A DNA stretch of 62,434 bases, counting the filler, from Sphacelaria rigidula (Eukaryota): NCBI GenBank assembly GCA_964200075.2. It is 11 parts of 11 records of this genome, joined end to end, with 100 filler letters (N's around TTAATTAATTAA, not from the genome) between each part and the next. Parts side by side here need not be neighbours in the genome. Positions count along the whole stretch, not along the records: positions 34,111 to 39,695 come from CAXNAA020026103.1; positions 39,796 to 45,380 come from CAXNAA020026104.1; positions 45,481 to 51,065 come from CAXNAA020026105.1; positions 51,166 to 56,750 come from CAXNAA020026106.1; 7 more parts are not named here. One strand, written 5' to 3'. Both the position numbers and the translations under genes were made by a program. The notes beneath the pieces were generated by a model. It saw nothing but the letters and a program-made list of their open reading frames with translations. It was not told the origin of the DNA and did not search any database. Shown here piece after piece: positions 38,801-51,199 of the stretch. Position 1 is the stretch's first letter. Each line of letters begins with the position of its first letter.

Positions 38801-40917
38801 TACCAGTTAGGCTACTGGGGCGCGGCGGCACTGTACAGTACACTACATATACGCCACCAATTTGTTTTGTCTCGGATATGTCTATCATGTGGATAATGAC
38901 CACGGCTGGATGCCTCGGGGATCAGCGAAAGTGCGGCAATCAATCAATCGATCAATTGATCAATCAAATTACATGTGAAAAATGCTCATGTTAAAGGCGG
39001 GGTAATGGAGTGATAGCTCTGAGCGTAATGGCCTCCGGGCGTTCCTCCATCGCGGGCCACTGCTGTATCGTGGGTACCAGATCGAACTCGAGTAGTCAAT
39101 ATACAACTTGACCTGCAGAAAGCCGCCAAAGCACCCTCCCTCTCATGGAAACGTAGTGGGTACAGTGCGAGATAAGGTATACGAACCACGGTCCACAACA
39201 TCACCATCTCCCGGGGGACGGGGTTGACGGAAGTCCGCAGTGTAGCTTGTGCGAGAAGGCTGTGATTAGTTTTTCCATCCACATATTACTTTGACACACT
39301 ATTCAAGTTCGAAAACCAGAGGAAAAAAAGTAAATAGTGCCGACTCGTTCATAAAAAATGTCCTGGTGAGGAATTGGGCCTCAGATTTTGAAAAAAAAAA
39401 CTTGGAAGCTTGCCGCAAGAAATTCAGCTCGAACCATGAGATAAAATAAGAAGTGGAGCGGCAGGAAATCGGTTAACATCGTGCTCCCAAAAAGAAACAG
39501 AGGAATATAGGGTAGGGCACATATACCATAAATCGCTTGTACGATGCACTGCAGGAGCTCGTCTGTACACAGTAAAAGTCCCAGCTGGGAAACTATTGCA
39601 AAAGTTCTGACCACGGGATGGGCGGGTACTGTAGGGTGAGACTGGCGTCCACGATGCCCCCCCCCCCCCCTCCCCGGATACCTATGAGGCAGTGTNNNNN
39701 NNNNNNNNNNNNNNNNNNNNNNNNNNNNNNNNNNNNNNNTTAATTAATTAANNNNNNNNNNNNNNNNNNNNNNNNNNNNNNNNNNNNNNNNNNNNCTGTT
39801 GCGCGAAGTTTTTCCGATTGTGTTTCATTCTCGACAAAAAGTACCATCCTCAACATAGATGATTCGCTGTTAGTAGAAGAACTACTACTACTCGAGAGTT
39901 GACAGAAGTTTGAAGATTTTACAATCCCTTTACCTCCTCACGTGAGAAGGCAAGCAGAGCCCTTGCTTGCTGACCATCTTTAAGCCAGGCACAAGGCGAG
40001 CATGACCATCTTCGACGCGGACGGTACACGTGACAATATCTCATGACCATAGTTTGAACCTGGCACAGCTCTCGAGTGGAAATCCTTAATTTTTGTGAAC
40101 CGAACTGTAAAAATCAGAATCTTGTATATGGTCGTCTTTGAATCTCGATCAAACGATCGCATCACCATCTCGCAAAAATATCATGGCATGAGTAGCTTGG
40201 TGAGAGGGGGGAAGTTTCCAGATGGTCATTATCAACCGGGTACATTTCTCCCATCATCATTCCACTGACCGGAGGGCGAGATTGAAATCTGACATGATCC
40301 TCTTTGAACAGGGCGCCACTCCCCGTGACTTTTGTTTAAAGCGGACGGCGCCGGTGAAAATCGAACGCCACCATATTCGAACGACTTCAGAAGCATGAAC
40401 ACGTGAAAATCGAACATAAAACGCCGACCACGTGAAAGACTTGGAATATTTCACTCCCTTGAAGGTGGATTAGGTCCTCCCACTAAGTACAGAGGGATGC
40501 GGACAAAACCCAGGGCTTGATTTTGTTCCTCCCAGCATCAAACGAAGGATTCACCCACCGCGCACTTCATTTTTGAGATAGTTACAAGTTGACTATTAAA
40601 AATACCTCGTACAGTAGGGGTTATTCGTGCGACATTCTGTGCCTGTGTGAAGGTCATCGCACACCAACCAGAGTAAGCACTACAGACACCCTTCGAGTAA
40701 GTCCAGTCACAACAAAAAGGGACACCAGACAACCCTGCACAGCCCGGAAATGGAGATACTCTAGACCACTTCTTAAGAGTAATAACGGGTATGTTTTTCC
40801 GCGCCCCCGAAATATACAAATTTTTCGGGGGAAAAAAATAAAATCTGCGAAAACGGCGAGAGCAGATGTTTCAACCAGGTCAGGCAATAGATTCAGTATA
40901 GTTTATAATAATAATAA

Positions 40918-41244
40918 GTTTACCACTTGAGAGGGTGGAAAAATTCTCAGATAGTTCGACTTGATTTTGGTGTGGACAGCGAAATTTGGATCTTTAATAG
41001 GGGTATGCTCCAAGCGTGCTCCTAGCTTGAGCAGAACGCGTTAGTGGCGAAATCGGCGCCTGGGGCGCTGATTTGAGGTTTGGCAACGCACCCTTTGCCT
41101 ACCTAACACTCTCCACCCCCTTGCCCGAGGGTTCTCGGTGTGCCTTCGTCGGGGTTAGTGTTACTGTTAGTGTTAGTGTTCGTGTTACAGTTTGTTCGAA
41201 GTAATAAATTTCTGAGAAATTTCTCACCCTCCCAAGTGGTAAAC
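40918..41244. mobile_element. PIF/Harbinger (Tourist-like) MITE, TAA TSD
   Basis: TIR GTTTACCACTTG(A/G)GAGGGTG at both ends, flanked by TAA on both sides. A diverged inverted relative lies at ~27855-28150. Confidence 0.82.
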
Positions 41245-41431
41245 TAACCTCAATAGATCAATCCAAAACTGACTACAGAATTCTCCCACTATCGACCTTC
41301 TGCTTTTTTTTGCGGCAATCGCTTATGGTACTAGGCGGGGGAAAAATCAATGCTTTCCACGCGCCGGACAGCTCATGAATTACCTGAAATAATCACGGGT
41401 CTACCTCACACTTGCCACGTGTCACGTCGTG

Positions 41432-41596
41432 TCACGTTTCACGTCAAAAGTTAAGCCGGGCTAGTACTACGGTGGGGGACGGGGACCACGTCAGGAGCCC
41501 TCTTCAAAAATCAAGTCAAATCAGGGCTGCCCACGTGATCCCCCACCGTAGCACTGGTCTGGCTCAACTTATGACGACTTTTGACGTGAAACGTGA
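41432..41596. mobile_element. Small foldback MITE with 20-bp perfect TIR
   Basis: TCACGTTTCACGTCAAAAGT / ACTTTTGACGTGAAACGTGA, with inner pairing ctacggtggggga / tcccccaccgtag. Confidence 0.8.
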
Positions 41597-41609
41597 ACAT
41601 AAATAATGT

Positions 41610-41711
41610 AGGCTTTTACCTATTATTCTAGCACGGTTTTACAGAATAGCAATCATCGTTTTCAAGATAAACGAATTCCAAAACCCGTGCTAGCATAATT
41701 AATAGAAGCCT
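41610..41711. repeat. ~100-bp inverted repeat
   Basis: aggcttt…ctagcacggtttt pairs with aaaacccgtgctag…aagcct. Confidence 0.6.
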
Positions 41712-42500
41712 AAACATAACGAGAATACCATGTAAATCCTTGGAAATAACTAATCGAAGAAGGTCCTCAGATCTGTTGACCAAGAGCACAAAGCACGTTG
41801 CAGCAGGATCCGAGAAACCGAAGCTCCACCTTTGCGCTTGTCGGCGTGCTCGACGTTCAGCGCTGTAGGGGGCAACTATGGAAAAAGGGGTCAGATGAGC
41901 TAGCTCATGATTATACGGATCAGTGCACTAATATTAAATAATATTTGGATAACTAGCTCATGAGCTGTCTGTCCGACGTGTGATTTTTTCGGAAAAAAGT
42001 GAAGAAAAATCTTGGAAAAAAACAACTGTTGACTAGACCCCTTGAGGGGCCAAAAATGCAAAACCGATAAAGATTGCCTATTATGGCCATTCGGCACCAT
42101 TTTTAGGGTCAAGAGGAGATCGCAAGGCACGCGTCGCCGCCTCGGAAAGACTATCTCTACTGTCTGACTGAGAGGAATTTGACACACACTTTGGTGAACT
42201 CTGGTGCGCGCAGTTTGACTCTGCTGAGTCGAAAACAAACAACACACGCACTTTTTATTGTACACGCCGTCCCGATTCACAGAAGCATAAAAAAATTCCC
42301 ATGCACTCGTAAATCGTTATGGCTTTGCACAACAGTATCAGCTTTCTCTCGTTTTTCACGAGCCAGAGTGTGCATGTGCCCTAATACTCGGGATGGGTTG
42401 ATGGCTTGTACAACAGTCAACTTTTTTTTTCCCCGGCCCAGGGTCACTTTGCGCGCACCGGAAATAGTCAAATTGTGCCGGAATTTTCTCGAAATCCTCT

Positions 42501-42668
42501 ACACCTTGGACAATATATGGTCAACAGTTGCAATAGACAATAAACATACTGCATAAAGTAAAGGCCTGTTGCGACTATTGTCGGCCGGCAATAGTCGCAA
42601 TAGGCCTATACTTCATGCAGTACACTTCTCGCCTACTGCATCTGTTGACCATGTATTGTTCAGGGTGT
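42501..42668. repeat. 168-bp near-loopless palindrome
   Basis: Symmetry centre at ~42585 (ttgcgactattgtcggccggcaatagtcgcaa), pairing out to acacc.tg.acaata.atggtcaacag / ctgttgaccatgtattgttcagggtgt. Confidence 0.85.
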
Positions 42669-44411
42669 GGAATCCTCTGAAACAGTAGAGTAAGTCATTA
42701 GGAAGTTATGCTGACAAGCAAAAAAGGGGGGGGGGGGCGTTCTGGAACTGTATACTATCCTGATCGCACAGTCTTCTTGCGTAAAACCTTGGTGGCAACC
42801 CGAAAATCGCATCCGTACTCGTTTGCTAATTTCGCTCGGACAGGGGGCACATCATCGAGGGTCCTTACTCTGTACCAAGTATATATGACACATGGCGCAC
42901 CGTGTGTAGCGGGATGATGTGGGCTGAGGCTCGGAAATGGTCTGTTGGTGAGCATATGCCTTCCTTTAGCCACCCTGTCCAGCACCGTTCGCACGGTGCA
43001 CGCCCAGACCAGCATGTCGTCGCTTCTATAGTCATTCCTATCTCGCGCCGCGAACTCTCGATCGCCCACAACGCTGTTCCCCTGCAGTCATTGATACATG
43101 TAGACACACACATATGCCACACATATCGAAACGGTACAAGAGCGGACGAAAAAAGATCAACGCCTGGCTCGTCCAGTATTCGTGAGCTTTTGACTTTCTC
43201 TCTCACACGACCCATCCGTCTATATTTGCATGTATGGTGTACACATATGGGGTATCTGGAATAGCTAGGCGGGTAAAAACCCACCTGAGAACGTGACCCA
43301 GTGGCTTACATTAGCGATAACTTTCTCTATTCCATAGGTTAGCTTGGTTGTTGGGTATGTATCAAATTAACGGAGGCGGGGGTGCTTACGACGCCATCAC
43401 AGGTACATGCATTGAGAGGCGAAATTAGGAAGATACTCATGGGAAGTAGCGAAAATATCCGAGTTAAATTGATCGACAACTGTTGGATCCAAGTTGCCCA
43501 ATTATAGGCCGTTTTGACCCTTTTTGGCCGGTATTTTGATGATTTCGGCAGACTTACAGTGACTTACAGAGCAAGTACGTGGCGTGTGGGGCGGGTAAAA
43601 TACCCCAGACAAGAATTTCCACGAGCAAAAGCTGACGTGCATCCTGGAGTGGTGATGTGGCGGGTGTTATTAGGCGACCGACGGAAAGTCAAGAAGGCCA
43701 GAAAAAAAAAAATGAAACCGTCGTTCACATGTCACACACCCATCCATCTCATCGAGGTCACCCATTTCATTGTACTTCTCGCTGCAAGCGTCGCAAAGCA
43801 TGCAAAACAACACGCAGTCAACACCACGTGTCGGAGCCGATGACATGTAGAGGTGTAGCATGTACTGCGAGCGACCTCGGTACCTTGCGTCTCTATCGGC
43901 GCCGACAAAAGGCACCTGGAAGAGGAGGCATGTTCTCTCAAACCCCTGGATGACCCAGAACTATCGATCCCCGAACCTTTTCCGAGGCGACGCTCACAGC
44001 CAAAGGGTTGACGAAATCACCGATCGGAATCTTACGGGTCCATCATCTGCTGGGCCTCGAGCTTTGTTCAAGGCGCCGAAACGCGGCGCCTGATCCTCGT
44101 TACCCGCAGCAACACTTTCCTCGACACCGCATGTGACTGTCTCTAAAACGGAACCTCCTGTGTCTGAGAGTTCGCGGTTTGCATTTCATTAGGGTCGGGG
44201 TAGGGGTTAGGGCTGGGGTTACGGTTGACGCGGGGCGAGTTGGGTCGTGGGTTCATGTGATATTTATCAGCGTCACAAGGGTGACTCGTGGACAGGTAAT
44301 AATACTTCGAGCGCCCACGGAGTCAATCATTCGACCGCCGGGGCAGGTCATCTGAGGCCTTGTCTTAGGCCAATTCTTTGACTGGGTTTGGAAAACAAAT
44401 CCTGTGTAAAT

Positions 44412-44787
44412 AACTGCCTTTTGGGCCATTCTCCGTCATTTTACGCCCGAAAAGAGGGCTAGGCGGATGTTGACACCTTGGAATGACTTGCTCTACTCGT
44501 TGAGACCGTTTCAGGGTAGCCTTGCGTTTCCCGCTTGTCACAGTTTTATTTTCGGCCAAAACCTTCCATTTTCGAAAACAAACGGTCGAGTTATCATATC
44601 ATTCATTACTCGATCGTTTGTTTTCGAAAATGCAACGTTTTGGCCGAAAATGAAACTGCGGCCAGCCGGAAACGCAGGGTTGCCCTGAAACGGTCTCAAC
44701 CAGTAGAGCAAGTCATTTCAAGGTGTCAACATCCACCTAGCCCTCTTTTCGGGCGTAAAACGACGGAGAAGGGCCCAAAAGGCGGTT
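44412..44787. repeat. ~375-bp foldback within the interspersed repeat family
   Basis: Arms of about 120 bp pair closely (gccttttgggcc…gagaccgtttcaggg / ccctgaaacggtctc…ggcccaaaaggc). Confidence 0.85.
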
Positions 44788-45303
44788 TTCAACAGGATTT
44801 CAAACCCTCAAGGGTTGGTCTCAGGGCGTGTCTTCGCACTTTTTCTTTCGATCGAATAAATGGAGCGATGGGATTGATTTGAGCGAAAATTGCTCTCATT
44901 TTTGTCGAGTTGGGTCCACGCGAATTTTTAAGCTTTCGATCGACAAAAAACAGCGAAATTCGTGAAACGATACGTAGTCATTCGTGTACAGTACAGACAG
45001 TCTATACTGTCTGCACCGCTTGCAAGCAGTGTGTCTAGAGTACGTGTGTGCGTGTTTGTAGAGGAGGATGTGAAAGAGAAGCGGGCAACGTGCAGTGCAG
45101 ACAGCCCAGGACTATCAGTTCTCTCTGCTTACAATGCAACGTGAAAAGGACTTGGACAACGTGCAGCTTTGTACTGCCTGCTCTGTCCATGAGCGTGTTC
45201 GCAACTCGGTTGCCCACCGTACCACGCAGTTCCGTCACTGATCCTACCATGAAATAAGGTGCGCAAGGTTTCGCCAACAAAAATAAACAAAGCATATCCA
45301 ACC

Positions 45304-45330
45304 TGTGTGTGTGTGTGTGTGTGTGTGTGT
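45304..45330. repeat. (TG)n microsatellite
   Basis: Directly visible. Confidence 0.95.
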
Positions 45331-45617
45331 TGTCGTCCCATTTGTTCTGGGCAGCAGTCTACACCTTTCGGTATATGTGGNNNNNNNNNNNNNNNNNNNN
45401 NNNNNNNNNNNNNNNNNNNNNNNNTTAATTAATTAANNNNNNNNNNNNNNNNNNNNNNNNNNNNNNNNNNNNNNNNNNNNATTGGTGTAAGCTACACCTG
45501 GCACATCTGATATAAGTCGCGAGTGATCAAATCCGATCCAGTACCTGCACGTCGGCCGAAGACGCGGGCTAAGGATCGCGATACCTCGAGCAAATATTTG
45601 GTTTTTCGGGGGCTCAC

Positions 45618-45798
45618 CTTTGACATCCCCGACTGAAGAGCCTTTTGGAAGGCCCTCTCCATACGGCCCCCAACCTCGGTCGCGAGACCGCGGTTGTGGA
45701 GGAAGAGCCCCGTGAGACGATCAAGCTCGAGAGCGACCTCCGGTGACGGCGTGCTCTCCATCCCGATCCCCGTCACGACATCTCCCGGCAGGGGGGAC
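45618..45798 (-). CDS. Probable internal exon of an unidentified protein (SPLPGDVVTGIGMES…FQKALQSGMSK)
   Basis: GC-rich open frame with coding-like codon use, GACAG acceptor and AAG|GTGAG donor. No recognisable motif. Confidence 0.5.
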
Positions 45799-46143
45799 CT
45801 GTCCGACGACAGTACAATCATCCCGACGTCATGACAGATTCACCATAATCGATCACTGTGAGGAGCACTCTGAATTCGATGATTCCCGCTCGAATCTTGG
45901 CTGAGACTCGTCCCAACATGTATTACCACGCAAGGCACGTGCAGGGAGGGGGGAGGGGGGGAGGCTCTCACCGACATATGCTGTATGTACGTTACGGGGT
46001 TGACAGCACTGCATTACTTCGTTGTGTCCTCAAACCTTGTAATAATGTTCAGTCGTGGCGAGGAAGCGAGGAACCGTGTAGTCATAATCATGGTCTGTGT
46101 CATACAACCCACGTAACACTTTAGCGCAGTCAGCAATGCGATA

Positions 46144-47795
46144 CGAGCTGGGCCAGCCTAGAAGCGGATTTGAAATTTGCAGGCCCATGCTTCCGCCAAT
46201 ACCTAGAGTCGGACCCTGAAATTTGGTATGGACAACGAATAGGGCGTGAAAAAAAGTATTACATCGGCACCAGAAGTTTTCATCATTTGTTACAGGTATC
46301 AGTAAAATACTAGAATCTCTATGACACTCTCGATCGATGCATTTAGCGGATGGAGACGAATTTTGGTGTGGAGAACGCAAAAGAGCCGAATAGAGAACAA
46401 AATGGGCCTGCATTTGTTTTTCGTAGAGGTTCAGGCGTTCTCGTGAAGAAATGGTGTTTACCGTAGTATAACGCCCTTAACCAGTGCAGGAAAATTAATA
46501 AAAGCAACCCGACCCACTTTGTTCTCTTGATTATGCGCTCAGAGAGCGCCCAACCAAAATATAATGCGCGAAGGTCAAAGATAGGCCAGTGAGTGGCCTG
46601 CGAAATACTATTCCAAATTTCTACCGACGCGGCTTTTAAAAGGCACATGCTCCCGCCAATGATTGGGGTTGGACCTTGAAATTTGGTATGGACAATGCAT
46701 AGGGCATGGAAAAAAAATTACATCGGTACCAATTTCTATTTTTTATTTCATGAGTTTAGGGCATTGCACTGATACTGAAAACTGATTATTGCCCTAGACT
46801 CATGGAATAAACAATAAAAATTGGTGCCGATGTAATTTTGTTTCCATGCCCTATCTATGCATTGTCCATACCAAATTTCAAGGTCCAACCCCAAACATTG
46901 GCGGGAGCATGGGCCTTCTCAAAGCCGGGTCGGTAGAAGTTCGGAACAGTATTTCGCAGGCCACTCACTGGCCTATCTTTGATCTTCGTGCATTATATTT
47001 TGGTTGGGCGCTCTCTGAGTGCATAATCAAGAGAACAAAGTGGGTCGGGTTGCTTTTATTAATTTTCCTGCACTGCTTTAGGGCGTAATACTACGGTAAA
47101 GACCATTTCTTCACGAGAACGCCTGAACCTCTACGAAAAACAAATGCAGGCCCATTTTGTTCTCTATTCGGCTCTTTTGTGTTCTCCACACCAAAATTCG
47201 TCTCCATCCGCTAAATGTCAGAAGAGTGTCGCGATGATCCCTTTGACGTGATCGCTAGAGTTGGCGCAATGGCACCTAAGCCAAGCAAGCAGACAAGCTG
47301 CTTTGGAGTGTAGACAGAAGATGATGTTCAAGGTGCCTCTTGCAGGCAAGACAGTCGAAACAACCCATCGTGTTGAACGGTCAACCGGGGAGAATGACTC
47401 ATGTATCACAACTGCTATCCCACATCATACCCTCACATCAGACCAAACCTTCGTGACCGGTACCTGCGATCCCAGCACTACATATATGTAAATATAAAGT
47501 CAGTACCATACGAAGCGTTGAAGAGCATGGCTTCACAGCCTCATCTTCTAACACTAAATGCATCGATCGGGAGTGTCATAGAGATTCTAGTATTTGCGTT
47601 ATCCCCCATAGGTATAGGGATTACTAGGCATGGGGTTCAACCAACGAGAAAAATATGACCCCAAACGTTTGAGCAAGTGGGCACCTTGCCCTTGATCAGA
47701 CGATTGATACCATATGTGGATCACGGCCCAACTCGTCTATGTCGATGAGATATTTCTTATCCAGCTGAAATCCGTTTTTAGGCTGGCCCAGCTCG
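46144..47795. mobile_element. Mariner-type non-autonomous element (28-bp TIR, TA TSD) containing a long foldback and a solo LTR
   Basis: TA|CGAGCTGGGCCAGCCTAGAAGCGGATTT … AAATCCGTTTTTAGGCTGGCCCAGCTCG|TA (2 mismatches). Internal inverted arms at ~46306-46762 and 46790-47594. Confidence 0.85.
47216..47553. mobile_element. Solo LTR (338 bp)
   Basis: TGTCAGAAGA…TCTTCTAACA termini and a 5-bp TSD CTAAA (47211-15, 47554-58). Removing it restores the reverse complement of the other foldback arm (cgatgcatttagcgg). Confidence 0.88.
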
Positions 47796-47918
47796 TACAG
47801 CAGCAGTGTCGGCGGTTGGGCTCGGGATTTAGTCAGTCATATATCCCGCAACGTTTGTGGTTGACCGTCTTACGATATCCTCCGACTTACTCTAGCACGC
47901 CACTCAGGCCGCTTCCTA

Positions 47919-48650
47919 CGAGCTCTGCCAGCCTGGAGGCGGATTTGAAGTTTTGAGGCTCATGCTCCCGCCAATATTTGGAGTTGGACCCTGAAATCTA
48001 GTATTTACAACGAAAAGGGCATGAAAGAAAAATGACGTCGGTGCCATTTTTGTTTTTATGAGTGGAAGGTATTTTTCTGAAAGCCAAAACTGATTGTTGC
48101 CCCAGACTGTTGAAAAAACTTTTTGGCACCGGGGTAATTTAGTTTTATGCCCCATTCGTTGTGCATACCAAATTTCAGGGTCCAACTCTAATTATTGGCG
48201 GGAGCATGGGCCTTCAGAAAACAGGATCGGGCGAAATTCAGAACAGTATTCCGAAGGCCACCCACCGGCCGGCGTGTGGTTTTCGTCTATTGAAATGTTG
48301 CGTGGGCGCTCTCCAAGGAAAAATCGACAGAACAAAGCAGGTCAGTTCTTCAATTATTGTTTTCACAGGTTTAGGGCGTTCTAATATGGTGAAGACCATT
48401 TCTTCACGTGAACAACCTAACCTCTACAAAAGAATCTCGGAAAATGAAGGCCCACTTATTTTTTTCTCGCAACACTATTGTGGTTCTCCGTGCCAAGTTT
48501 CAAATCATGATTCTAAAAATTGAGCCAAAACATCGAGATGAGGCCCAAGAGCAACGTTCGTTTTCCCCCAAAACTCCACTAAAAACACGAAAAACAAATG
48601 CAAAAATGAAGGTAAAACGCGCCGCTCTTTTGTATTTTTCCCATGCCTGA
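47919..48650. mobile_element. Further copy of the mariner-type MITE family
   Basis: Begins TA|CGAGCTCTGCCAGCC. Internal inverted repeat at ~47960-48215. Homologous to 26040-26857. Confidence 0.72.
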
Positions 48651-51199
48651 AGTCGTCGGGATGTAGGGTGCAAGGAGCAGAGGCAGATATTTTACGAACC
48701 CCGCAAAGCCCACCAGACGTTTTGAATCCCTCCAGAGATATTTCACGAACCCCATCTGAGGGGGAAGGTGATGGGTTTGGGGAGTGCCTCATTCCTTTGA
48801 CTTGAGACGAAACAGCCAACATCCCATGAAAGTTTCAACTGTGTGTAAAGAGCACTGCGTGCCAACAATATTTTGAGCAAATCAGGCACTCCCACCGGAG
48901 ATCAAACTGTCTCCACAAAGGCCTCAAGACGCCACAGCGCAGCGACACGTGCAACGCACAAGACAAACCATGAGTGTGTCTGTGCTACAGCACAGTCATA
49001 CAGCGCATGCTCCATTCGATAGTCCTTGCCCTGATTCCAGGTGGGTCCTCGATTTTGGCCCAGCGGCGATTTTCAAATGCTCGGCCATACTCCGGATTGC
49101 CGCGAAAATGCTTTACTTCACTTCGAGTTACCCCTATCTGTGCGAGGTGACCAGCTTTTTCGGAGTTTTATTTTTGTCTGTTACACGGAGCGGCCTCACG
49201 AGCGACTCGATACAGAACAGGCAGACCTTACTGTACCGCTAAAGAGGGGCGAGGTCGGTTGTTCTCACAATCTACGTTTGTCGTCTCGAACGAAATACCG
49301 CAAGTGTGGTGGAGGCCGACCCGGAAGACAATTACAATGAGTTCAAATCAGAGTTCAAGACTGTGCAAGCCCGCTCCAGCGAGTGTACGTCCAGCAACCG
49401 GAGCAAGGCTGGTTCCTACTCCCCTCCGTGAACTCCTCTGCATTCGCATCCGATTGCTGTGATCTTCCACCTTGAGGGAACGACTGCGAGGTGTGATCTA
49501 GGTGGGGTGCTGGTGAGGCGGGGTGGGTGATGTGCGGTTTTCATGTTTTTTCGTCTCGCGGAAGCACCTGCACTTGAGGTATCTTCAAGCTCTACTTTTC
49601 AGGGGCGATGTGCAGGTACGCCGCGGAACGAGCGCGTGTACCCGAGTTTGCCTGTACGCTCTTTGTGTTTGCAAACGGGAAGGTCGCGGCGAGATACGGG
49701 CCGTGACATACACGACAACATGGACGAGACAAGCTATTTTTGCAACTGTCTCGTGCATACTGTTGCCTTCAATCCTCATCATGAGGAACATTGCCGAGGA
49801 ACGCTGGCGATGCAACCTGCCCAAATACAATCCATTTACGTGGGACGGTGTTGAAACAGCATTTGCGCCGCGAAGTGAACACAACGAAAGTACAGATTTG
49901 AACCAGAACTTGCTTTGTCCATCTGTGATGAGTGTTTTGGCGTGTATATGCCCCTACGCCTGTGAAACTCATCAAGGGAGTTTCGATCGATGCTGTACAT
50001 ATGCCCGTATGCCTGTGACAAGTACTCGATAGCGCGCAACCTCAGAGTTTTGTGCGCATCGTAGTACCGGCTGGCGCTGGCGCTCGCTTCGACTCACGAC
50101 TGGCGTCCACCCCTCTGCCGCCAGTACCCCCTTCGCCACTCTCCTTTCCATCCGCTTCCCAAACAACAGCAGGCTTCACCCGCCATCCCATGCCCTTGAC
50201 TGCAGCCGGCTGGCCTCTGCCCTCGCGCGTCTCGCGGAACACTCCACCCCTTCAGGCGATCGACAACGTACTCAGCAGAAAGTCCGGAGATTGTACAAAA
50301 CAAAATGTCGGAGCAGTTACGACTGCAAAGGAGTTTACGAAGGTAGGTCAAAACGTTAAAAAAACTGGCTCAAAACCCTTGGTTAGTTGGTAATTTTCGT
50401 TGAGCGTGATGCATGCCGATGCGCCTATTTCGACACTGCATATCTCAGGGATCGCGGCGGCTGTCGGGCTAGGCAAGATTCCGACCGCGAGCGAACTAGA
50501 TAGATTACGAATAAGGTGAAGGTGAGGGTATTTATCATATCTCCGTGCTTCATCAATTGTACATACCAAAAACCATCGTTACCCGCTGAATGTATCGATA
50601 ATAGTAGGTGAAGACGGTATAGTACTGTACTGTATTGCCAAAGCACAGCTGCCTACTGTGCTCCCGAGTACAGCCCGTGCTCGCAACCTGGCAGAGTACA
50701 GCCTGTACTCGGACATGGAGTAGTCCAAGATAGCAAGTACAGGCTACAGCTGTGCCGTGTTTGCGAAGCATAGCCTATACTTGTGATGTCGTACTGTTCG
50801 CAAAATCCGCGGCCTGTATTGTGGCACCGCATTGTACTACTAACAACGTTTTCGTGAGATTGAGAGTAGAGCGCTGACTTAGTGGCTTTGATGATTCGCT
50901 GTAACTTCGCCAATTTTTCATTCCGTGTGTGCTTTTCTTCGCATCCATCGTGTGCTTACAGCTACACGTCAACATCCTAGTCAGGGGTATCAAGGGGCTG
51001 TGACGGTTTAAGAGACTACCAACTAGGCTACTGACCAGTCAGCGCTGACTGGTCAGTAGTCTAGTNNNNNNNNNNNNNNNNNNNNNNNNNNNNNNNNNNN
51101 NNNNNNNNNTTAATTAATTAANNNNNNNNNNNNNNNNNNNNNNNNNNNNNNNNNNNNNNNNNNNNTTTGGTTCCAAACGGTGTCAGGCAGTATAGATGA

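Noticed and set aside
39840..40480. Possible coding or TE remnant on the minus strand
   Set aside because: Fragmentary frames with no motif I can name with confidence.
46343..47088. Pair of near-identical ORFs on opposite strands
   Set aside because: They are a by-product of the foldback arms of a non-coding MITE; the same applies to repeated ORFs at 2089, 18948, 45048 and 44365-44882.
49040..49490. Possible + strand exons (WVLDFGPAAIFKC…; ASVVEADPEDNYNEFKSEF…)
   Set aside because: They would need very short introns, I could not establish consistent phases, and no domain is recognisable.
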